Shown in pieces: positions 1 through 5,508 of a stretch of 10,513 nt of DNA (position 1 is its first letter; the number at the start of each line of letters is the position of its first letter). Location: the IMG/VR virus record IMGVR_UViG_2703718834_000006. One strand, 5' to 3'. The translations under genes were made by a program, and so were the position numbers. Under the pieces are notes generated by a model. That model searched no databases. It had not been told where the DNA came from and worked only from the letters and a program-made list of their open reading frames with translations. This DNA is from a virus. Its lineage: Duplodnaviria; Heunggongvirae; Uroviricota; Caudoviricetes.

Positions 1-1875
1 ATGGCTAAAGCATGGAAAGATGTTATCGCTTCTCCACAGTATCAGGCGTTAACTGAAGAACAGAAAGCACAGGCTCAAGCGCAATATTTTGATGAGGTTG
101 TTGCCCCTAAGGCTGGTGACAAATGGGCTGAAGCAAGAGATCAGTTTTATGCAGCATACCCTCCGCATCAGCAGCAGAAAGAAGAACCATCATTGATGCA
201 ACAAGCTGGCGATTGGCTCACAGGTGGTCAAAGTGCAGGGCAAATTGCAGAACAGGCTGGTCGTGGTCTGGTAAACATACCGTTTGACGTATTACAGGGC
301 GGCGCAAGTCTGATTAATGCAATCAGTCAGGGGCTTGGTGGCCCCAAGGTTTTGGATGATGTTTATCGTCCAGTAGACAGACCGACAGACCCCTACGCTC
401 AAGCTGGAGAAACAATTGGCGGGTATTTAGTTCCAGGAGTTGGAACGGCAGGAAGCATGGCTATTGGATCACTGGCAGAGGCCGCAAATCAGAAAGGTGA
501 TTTCGCACAAAATGCAGCTAAAAATGCCGGAGTTAACCTTGCCGCTCAGGGTGTTCTTTCCGCAGCAGCAAAGGGAATAGGGCGTGGAATAACGGCTATA
601 AAAGGTGATATTGCGCCAGAAGTGGCAAAGAAAATTGCCACATCAGAATCGATGGGCGTGACACCAATGACATCTGATGTTATCCCGCCGAAAAATGCTT
701 TCACTCGCGGACTTACTCAGGATGCTGAGGGGGCTTTGCTCGGGACAGGCTCAAAGCGAGCGGAGCAATATGCAACGCGTAGTAAGCTGGTAAGCAATTA
801 TTTTGACCGTTTTGGTGAGTACAACCCTGATGATGTGGTGAAATCTCTGACCACCACGTTAAGGGGACGGAAGGATGCCGCTGGCGCTGTTATCAATGAC
901 GTCACCAATAAAATGGGTAATGCCGCAGTTGATACCACAAATACCATGAATGCTCTGAATACAGCGATCGCAAGACAGGAACGGCTTGGGACTTCTGCCA
1001 ATCAAAGCCTGCTTACATCCTTGCGTAACCTACGTGAAGAATTAGCAAACCCTGCAACTGATTTGGATGTTACGTTTGATCTCTTGCGCCAGCACAGAAC
1101 AGCATTTAGATCTAATGTTCAGGGAGATGCCATGGTCTTCCCCAACCAGGCAAAAGCAGCTACCAATATGGTAGAGAATGCAATGTCAAAAGACCTTCGT
1201 AACGCAGTTGCTAAAAACCTCGGTGCTTCAGACGCAGCAAAATACCTTAAAGCAAATTCCGATTATGCAAACGTTTATAATAAGGTGCTTAATAAAAACA
1301 TTGCTAACAAGCTCAACAAGGCAAGCAGTGAAGCCAGTCCTGAACTTATAAATACTGTTGTATTAAGCAGAAAACCATCTGACGTGAAACGAATCTGGAG
1401 CGCATTGGATGATAAAGGGAAAGATGCTATGCGTGCAGCTTACGTCAGCAAAATAGCGGAAAAGGCCGGTGACTCTCCAGCCAAGTTCATCACGGAAGTT
1501 AATAAGCTGAAATCTCAGTCAGGCGGTGAAATTTACAACACTATTTTTTCTGGAAAGCACATGAAAGAGCTTGATGCTCTTCATGAAGTTCTACAGCAAA
1601 CAGCAAGGTCAGACACCGCAAATGTAGTAACTCAGACGGGGCAATCACAAGCCAACAGGATAAGGACGATTGGCGCAACTGCGACTCTTGGTGTATCAAT
1701 GGGGCTTGAGGCTGGCTTTGGTGCAATGATGCGTTTGTATGAGTCCAAAGCAGCAAGGAATGCGCTCTTACGTCTGGCAAACACTAAAGCTGGAACGCCA
1801 GCTTATGAAAGAGCGCTAAATCAGGCGGCTACTGCCGTGCGCCCGCTCTTAGTTAACGAAGCTACCCGGCAGTAG
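1..1875 (+). CDS. Phage ejection / DNA-transfer (internal virion) protein, P22 gp16-like by position; possibly 5'-partial because the ORF starts at the window edge
   Basis: 624-aa uninterrupted ORF, Ala/Gln/Gly-rich with low-complexity stretches typical of podovirus ejection proteins. It is the last rightward gene before a convergent SieA-like gene and the immI-like module, the position of gene 16 in P22 (609 aa there). No recognisable catalytic motif; the call is from size, composition and synteny. Confidence 0.5.
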   Translation: MAKAWKDVIASPQYQALTEEQKAQAQAQYFDEVVAPKAGDKWAEARDQFYAAYPPHQQQKEEPSLMQQAGDWLTGGQSAGQIAEQAGRGLVNIPFDVLQGGASLINAISQGLGGPKVLDDVYRPVDRPTDPYAQAGETIGGYLVPGVGTAGSMAIGSLAEAANQKGDFAQNAAKNAGVNLAAQGVLSAAAKGIGRGITAIKGDIAPEVAKKIATSESMGVTPMTSDVIPPKNAFTRGLTQDAEGALLGTGSKRAEQYATRSKLVSNYFDRFGEYNPDDVVKSLTTTLRGRKDAAGAVINDVTNKMGNAAVDTTNTMNALNTAIARQERLGTSANQSLLTSLRNLREELANPATDLDVTFDLLRQHRTAFRSNVQGDAMVFPNQAKAATNMVENAMSKDLRNAVAKNLGASDAAKYLKANSDYANVYNKVLNKNIANKLNKASSEASPELINTVVLSRKPSDVKRIWSALDDKGKDAMRAAYVSKIAEKAGDSPAKFITEVNKLKSQSGGEIYNTIFSGKHMKELDALHEVLQQTARSDTANVVTQTGQSQANRIRTIGATATLGVSMGLEAGFGAMMRLYESKAARNALLRLANTKAGTPAYERALNQAATAVRPLLVNEATRQ

Positions 1876-1897
1876 CACTGTAAGCCAAGGACGGCAT

Positions 1898-2392
1898 TTA
1901 TTTTATAGTTTTTATGAATTCTTTATTAAATCCCTTCGCTTCTCCGGGGTATCTTCCGAAGACAATTTTTATAAAAACAGAAAAAATAAAGATAGCAACG
2001 CTTAACAACAATTGCAGTATCATTGGAACCCAAAGAACTACAGGCTCTATATTCATGAAACCAAATATTCTTCCGGCGATCATGGCGAAGTACCACACTG
2101 TTATCAGCAAACTTAGTGGCATATGAATTACTGATATTACCAATCCAAGAGCATCAGTAATTCTGTTTTCAAATTTTTCAGGGGAAAACTTTTCTTTAAG
2201 GTAATTCAGTGCGCAGGCCTCATTCTCTGGATTTTCAGCATTTTTCCCTATAGCAATAGAAATCTCAGATATCCTTGATTCAATTCTTTTACGTTTAATA
2301 AAACTAGAAAAAAAGAACCACGCAATCTGCAACCCTATCCCCAGAAATAGAGTTGCGGCAACTAGCACAGCGTAACTCATAGAATCAGACAC
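1898..2392 (-). CDS. Small polytopic inner-membrane protein, SieA-like (superinfection exclusion) by position
   Basis: 164 aa with three to four hydrophobic helices ([24 protein letters not shown]; [26 protein letters not shown]; [28 protein letters not shown]). GTG start at 2392 is preceded by a perfect AGGAGG Shine-Dalgarno 5 nt upstream. Clearly AT-rich relative to its neighbours. P22 carries sieA between gene 16 and mnt in the same orientation. Confidence 0.45.
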   Translation of the reverse strand: MSDSMSYAVLVAATLFLGIGLQIAWFFFSSFIKRKRIESRISEISIAIGKNAENPENEACALNYLKEKFSPEKFENRITDALGLVISVIHMPLSLLITVWYFAMIAGRIFGFMNIEPVVLWVPMILQLLLSVAIFIFSVFIKIVFGRYPGEAKGFNKEFIKTIK

Positions 2393-2452
2393 ACCAACCT
2401 CCTTAGTTTTACGCAGGATACCAGATGATAATGTGTCGCTTCCTAAAGGATA

Positions 2453-3094
2453 TCAAAGCAACGGGATTTCAAGGTAAACTGCGGTTGCCAAAATACTAAC
2501 ATCTTCATTTCTAACAAGAATATTAGGATACATTGGGTTTAGGGATACTAGGTTTGTCTCTATTTCACCAATGTAAACCTGTTTGAAGCTCAATATTTGC
2601 TCTTTATCCAAAGATGCTATTACATAATCTTTGCTTTTAGCTTTTACTAGAGGGCTGAACGTGACAACCGATCCTCTGGGAAAGCTAATACCTGAACTTG
2701 TAGTCATAGCTTCACCTTCAATAGTCAATGCAAATGCAGAGTCACCAACATTGTATATTGCCGGATGAAATCTAGACGATGAATGTTCACCTGTGTTTAG
2801 GTAATGCATAACTTCATCTAGTTTGAGGATTGGTATTTGCTTTACCAGAACGTCAGGCATGACGTTTTTTGTTCCCGGCCCCTGGCCTTCACCCAGAGCT
2901 AACCACTCAGCCGTAGTGCCTAATGCGTTGGCTAATGCCTGCAATACACGAAGCCGTGGTTTAGCCTCACCACCCTCGTATGCAGCTATTTGACGTTGAA
3001 CAACACCAGCTAATTTTGACAACTGCGCCTGCGTCATACCCCTCGACTGTCTTGCCAGAGATACTCTTGATGGGAATTGATCGTCAAAATTCAT
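2453..3094 (-). CDS. Lambda-CI/LexA-like repressor: N-terminal XRE-type HTH plus C-terminal S24-peptidase-like domain with Ser-to-Ala at the nucleophile position (predicted non-cleavable)
   Basis: 213 aa. N-terminus (residues ~10-65) has a Cro/C1-type HTH pattern (MTQAQLSKLAGVVQRQIAAYEGGEAKPRLRVLQALANALGTTAEWL). C-terminus aligns with lambda CI from memory: DSAFALTIEGEAM vs DSAFWLEVEGNSM, ISFPRGSVV vs PSFPDGMLI, SFKQVY..LVSLNPMYP vs [22 protein letters not shown]. Lys171 corresponds to CI K192, but the Ser149 position is Ala129. No A-G or C-G dipeptide in the linker. GGTGA ribosome-binding site upstream of the ATG at 3094. Confidence 0.8.
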   Translation of the reverse strand: MNFDDQFPSRVSLARQSRGMTQAQLSKLAGVVQRQIAAYEGGEAKPRLRVLQALANALGTTAEWLALGEGQGPGTKNVMPDVLVKQIPILKLDEVMHYLNTGEHSSSRFHPAIYNVGDSAFALTIEGEAMTTSSGISFPRGSVVTFSPLVKAKSKDYVIASLDKEQILSFKQVYIGEIETNLVSLNPMYPNILVRNEDVSILATAVYLEIPLL

Positions 3095-3193
3095 TAGTTC
3101 ACCATAAAAAATTCATTGACTCATACTGAGTGTGAGTGAATAATCAAACCTCAAAAAGTGAGATTATGAGTTTTTCAAAAACAGGAGTGCATA
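3095..3193. promoter_or_regulatory. Divergent promoter/operator region between the CI-like gene and arc-ant; candidate Pant-like promoter TTGACT(3116-3121)-N17-AATAAT(3139-3144) with overlapping palindrome and tandem repeats
   Basis: Rightward -35/-10 pair with 17-bp spacing. Palindrome ACTCA-TAC-TGAGT at 3119-3131 overlaps the -35 and spacer, followed directly by tandem TGAGTG TGAGTG (3127-3138), with further GTGAG/TGAG copies at 3158-3170. Operator-like arrangement inside a core promoter, as with the Arc/Mnt operators at P22 Pant. Identified by eye, not scored. Confidence 0.4.
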
Positions 3194-3367
3194 ATGACTG
3201 AAAAGATATCTTCCATCAAGCCGCGTCAGGTTCGTTTTACAGAAAAGGTTGATTCACATATCCGCGAATCAGCAAAAAGATGCCATAGGTCAATTCAGGC
3301 AGAGATAGCTTATCGAATGGAGTTATTAATGAAACTTGAGGCAAAGGGCGATGTTGTCATCCAATAA
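3194..3367 (+). CDS. arc: Arc-like ribbon-helix-helix repressor (57 aa); absent from the supplied ORF track
   Basis: ATG at 3194 preceded by AGGAG (3183-3187) at 6-nt spacing; stop TAA at 3365-3367. Translation: MTEKISSIKPRQVRFTEKVDSHIRESAKRCHRSIQAEIAYRMELLMKLEAKGDVVIQ. Layout matches an RHH fold (N-terminal beta strand then two helices) and resembles P22 Arc (..RSVNSEIYQRVMESFKKEGR..) in the RS..EI and K-G motifs. Lies immediately upstream of ant, as in P22. Confidence 0.6.
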   Translation: MTEKISSIKPRQVRFTEKVDSHIRESAKRCHRSIQAEIAYRMELLMKLEAKGDVVIQ

Positions 3368-3369
3368 AA

Positions 3370-3440
3370 ATAGTGAAGCCCGGCAGTGCGCGAACACAAA
3401 CCGGGCCTCTATGTCAGTAACCGTATGCAAGGAAACTAAC
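3370..3440 (-). ncRNA. Candidate sar-like antisense RNA covering the arc-ant spacer and the ant ribosome-binding site (inferred)
   Basis: On the minus strand an extended -10 element TGcTACAAT (complement of 3447-3455) would start transcription near 3440. It would run through the complement of the ant Shine-Dalgarno/start (3429-3443) and end at the GC-rich hairpin 3378-3406, which on this strand is followed by TTCACTATTTTTA. Predicted length about 70 nt, the size and location of the P22 sar RNA. No expression evidence. Confidence 0.3.
3378..3406. terminator. GC-rich stem-loop in the arc-ant spacer; likely intrinsic terminator for leftward (antisense) transcription and possible attenuator of arc read-through
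   Basis: GCCCGG (3378-3383) pairs with CCGGGC (3401-3406); an inner GTG/CAC pairing is possible within the loop. A T-rich tract follows only on the minus strand (complement of 3365-3377). Confidence 0.35.
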
Positions 3441-4067
3441 ATGAATATTGTAGCAAAATCAGATTACAACTTCCACGGAGTTGAGTTGGTGCCCACCCGT
3501 GATATGCATGGTGTTTGGTTTACATCATCTAATATTGCATCTGCACTTAAATATGCAAATAGCCGTGCAGTAACAATGATTTATAACAAGTATAGCGATG
3601 AGTTTAGCGCCGGGATGACTCAGGTACTCGAAGTGAGTACCTCAGGAAATTATCGCAAAAAAGTGCGAGTTTTCTCACTACGCGGTGCCCACCTAATCGC
3701 GATGTTTGCTCGCACTCCGGTAGCCAAAGAGTTCCGCCGCTGGGTGCTGGATATTTTGGATCGGCAGGCAGAATGCTCACCGATTGCAAAACAGTTCACT
3801 GACGAAGAGCTGGTTAATCTCTGCTACTTACAATTGTGGATGGAGAAGAGTCAACAAATGTGCAAACACATCTACCCAGGAATGAAGCAAATTGGTTCTG
3901 AGCTTTCAGGAAGGATTTACGATATTGCATATGAGACTCGCTACATGTCAGAAGAAACCAAGAAATCACTTCTTCGTGAAATGAAGAATCTTGATACCAA
4001 CAATTTTGTCGTAAAGAACGCTCAGCCAATGCTGGCAAAACTGCGCGGCGAGGAATGGATTCATTGA
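3441..4067 (+). CDS. ant: Antirepressor Ant (Bro-N / AntA-type N-terminal domain)
   Basis: ATG at 3441 with AAGGAA ribosome-binding site at 3429-3434. The track's 3336 start is a TTG that overlaps arc and is rejected. N-terminus YNFHGVELVPTRDMHGVWFTSSNIASALKYANSRAVTMIYNKY...VRVFSLRGAHLIAMFARTPVAKEFRRWVLDILD matches the Bro-N/AntA antirepressor pattern (FxF..., WF.a.dva.aL, rG.lia.f..tp.a.efrrWv). Sits downstream of arc. Confidence 0.8.
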   Translation: MNIVAKSDYNFHGVELVPTRDMHGVWFTSSNIASALKYANSRAVTMIYNKYSDEFSAGMTQVLEVSTSGNYRKKVRVFSLRGAHLIAMFARTPVAKEFRRWVLDILDRQAECSPIAKQFTDEELVNLCYLQLWMEKSQQMCKHIYPGMKQIGSELSGRIYDIAYETRYMSEETKKSLLREMKNLDTNNFVVKNAQPMLAKLRGEEWIH

Positions 4068-4154
4068 TTGGTGCACAGGACGGCGCAAAAGAAAACCGCC
4101 AGTGTGCTGCTGGCGGCCTATGTCACACCCTTACTACCACATAAGGAATGCCTA

Positions 4155-4883
4155 ATGACTTTTAAGAATGTAGCAAACATCGGATCCGTTGTCACGGATA
4201 AAACCATTGACAGCCAGCGCCTGCTTGAGATGGTAAATCAGGCTCGTAGACAGTGCGGTGAGCCGGAGGTTCGTAATAACAAATTCATCGAGAAAATTGA
4301 AGATGAATTGGATGGAGAGCACTACACAAAAAGTGTAGTGCAAAAAGCGAACAAAACTTCGATGGTTATCATTGAGATGTCAATCAAGCAAGCATTGCGA
4401 GTTGCCGCTCGCGAGTCAAAAGCCGTTCGCCGCTCACTGGTAGACCAACTTGAAAGCATGCAAGAAGCGCACATTAAAAGCGGTAAATCAGCGAGTGGAC
4501 TTGTTGAGTATCGTCAAGCGCGAACATTGAAAATGACGGTTGAAGCTGTTACCAATCTGTTCGATCTGATGCCAAATCTTGCGCCTGAGGCAAAGCAGAC
4601 AGCGGCAGCAAGTATAATCAACCCGCTCGTTGGTTTTAATGCAATACCTCTTCCGGCAATAGAAGAGCATTACTACTCAGCAGGGGAGGTTGCAGAGCAG
4701 CTTGGAGTAACGGCCAACAAGATTGGTCGCATTGCTAACGCAAACAACCTCAAAACTGAGCAGTACGGGAAGTTCTTCCTGGATAAATCTGCGCATTCCA
4801 GCAAACAGGTGGAAGCATTCCGCTACAATGCGGAAGGCGTTAAAGCACTACAACACCTGATTCATGGGAGTAATGTTGCATAA
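4155..4883 (+). CDS. Hypothetical phage regulatory protein with C-terminal KilAC (ANT)-like HTH segment; possible second antirepressor-type protein
   Basis: ATG at 4155 with AAGGAA at 4143-4148. The track's 4068 start is a TTG directly after the ant stop and is rejected. The C-terminal stretch YYSAGEVAEQLGVTANKIGRIANANNLKTEQYGKFF resembles the KilAC-domain motif of phage antirepressors (..tEiAkelGvsa..lnk.L...g......g). The N-terminal 150 aa are not recognised. Confidence 0.5.
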   Translation: MTFKNVANIGSVVTDKTIDSQRLLEMVNQARRQCGEPEVRNNKFIEKIEDELDGEHYTKSVVQKANKTSMVIIEMSIKQALRVAARESKAVRRSLVDQLESMQEAHIKSGKSASGLVEYRQARTLKMTVEAVTNLFDLMPNLAPEAKQTAAASIINPLVGFNAIPLPAIEEHYYSAGEVAEQLGVTANKIGRIANANNLKTEQYGKFFLDKSAHSSKQVEAFRYNAEGVKALQHLIHGSNVA

Positions 4884-5104
4884 TGGCAAAGAAAAAATAT
4901 GGCATTATGCCGCCAAGAATCAAAGGAAGAGCTAGGGTAAAAGGTGATGCTGGAAGGTATCACATTCTTGGAGTTCTGTGGCATGAGAGAGCTTTAATTT
5001 TAAGTAGACCTCATGGGTACATTGAAAAGGTATCTATAGATAGAGTAGAGATTCTTCCCCTTACACCTGAAGAAGAAGAAACGTACGGACTTTTTGATAA
5101 CTAA
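4883..5104 (+). CDS. Hypothetical small basic protein (73 aa), translationally coupled to the upstream gene
   Basis: Its ATG overlaps the upstream TAA in ATAATGG (4881-4885). Basic N-terminus (MAKKKYGIMPPRIKGRARVKGDAGR) and acidic C-terminus (TPEEEETYGLFDN). Followed by a strong intrinsic terminator. No family recognised. Confidence 0.45.
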   Translation: MAKKKYGIMPPRIKGRARVKGDAGRYHILGVLWHERALILSRPHGYIEKVSIDRVEILPLTPEEEETYGLFDN

Positions 5105-5110
5105 CCAACT

Positions 5111-5137
5111 AAACCCGCTTAATCGCGGGTTTTTTCT
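5111..5137 (+). terminator. Rho-independent terminator ending the arc-ant-orf-orf operon; hairpin overlaps the mnt stop codon on the opposite strand
   Basis: AAACCCGC-TTAATC-GCGGGTTTTTTCTTTT: stem CCCGC/GCGGG flanked by A/T pairs, followed by a run of six T (5130-5135). On the minus strand only TTT follows, so termination is probably mainly rightward. Confidence 0.75.
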
Positions 5138-5376
5138 TTTCTAAGGATATCAGCCGCAACTTCTTTTACTCGTTCCGAGATTAATGAGGCCAGCCTCTCT
5201 TCTTCATCACGATACCCGCTTACAGGTGGTGGTTTGGAGAGTGATTCTTCCATCGTAGCCACAATTTCGGAATTGATAGACCTGTTATTCATTTTTGCAC
5301 GCTGTTTAATCTTGGCGTGCAACTCGTGCGTAAGCCTCAAGTGGAACTGCGCCTCATCGTATTTGCTGTACATCAT
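5119..5376 (-). CDS. mnt: Mnt-like ribbon-helix-helix repressor (85 aa)
   Basis: MMYSKYDEAQFHLRLTHELHAKIKQRAKMNNRSINSEIVATMEESLSKPPPVSGYRDEEERLASLISERVKEVAADILRKEKTRD aligns along its length with P22 Mnt as recalled (..PHFNFRMPMEVREKLKFRAEANGRSMNSELLQIVQDALSKPSPVTGYRNDAERLA..). Start is ATGATG at 5376/5373 with a GAGG ribosome-binding site. The 217-aa track ORF (5119-5772) is an in-frame upstream extension and is rejected. Confidence 0.8.
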   Translation of the reverse strand: MMYSKYDEAQFHLRLTHELHAKIKQRAKMNNRSINSEIVATMEESLSKPPPVSGYRDEEERLASLISERVKEVAADILRKEKTRD

Positions 5377-5462
5377 CAATGCCTCACCAAATGGGTGGAA
5401 TGGCATCGTAAAACCTACTGTACAAATCAACAATCGTACCGTTTCGGTATGCAACAAATACC

Positions 5463-5478
5463 AACCGTGGCCACGCTG
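5463..5478. promoter_or_regulatory. Palindromic candidate operator (perfect 10-bp core CGTGGCCACG at 5466-5475) between mnt and the tailspike gene
   Basis: AACCGTGG|CCACGCTG. GC-rich dyad symmetry built from GTGG/CCAC elements, the same elements that make up the P22 Mnt operator half-sites, though in the opposite relative order. Lies about 90 bp upstream of the mnt start and about 35 bp upstream of the tailspike start. Confidence 0.3.
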
Positions 5479-5508
5479 CGGCGATTCATTGTATCTGGAG
5501 CAAATTAA

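Noticed and set aside
798-1780. Minus-strand track ORFs 798-1001 and 1541-1780 inside the ejection-protein gene
   Set aside because: Embedded antisense within a long, compositionally coherent coding sequence; no ribosome-binding site or recognisable features.
1914-2126. Plus-strand track ORF 1914-2126 overlapping the SieA-like gene
   Set aside because: Antisense to a membrane-protein gene that has a perfect Shine-Dalgarno and coherent transmembrane segments; low-complexity translation.
3336-3440. Track ORF start for ant at 3336 (TTG), giving a 243-aa protein
   Set aside because: It overlaps the Arc-like gene (3194-3367) and the terminator hairpin and has no ribosome-binding site. The ATG at 3441 has AAGGAA at correct spacing and coincides with the start of the Bro-N-type domain.
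4068-4154. Track ORF start at 4068 (TTG) for the KilAC-like gene
   Set aside because: TTG directly abuts the ant stop with no ribosome-binding site. The ATG at 4155 has AAGGAA 6 nt upstream. The extension would also run through a GC-rich stem-loop.
3604-4670. Minus-strand track ORFs 3604-3789, 3814-4038, 4152-4343 and 4488-4670
   Set aside because: All antisense to the ant and KilAC-like coding regions, with no start signals and Cys/Arg-rich translations typical of shadow ORFs.
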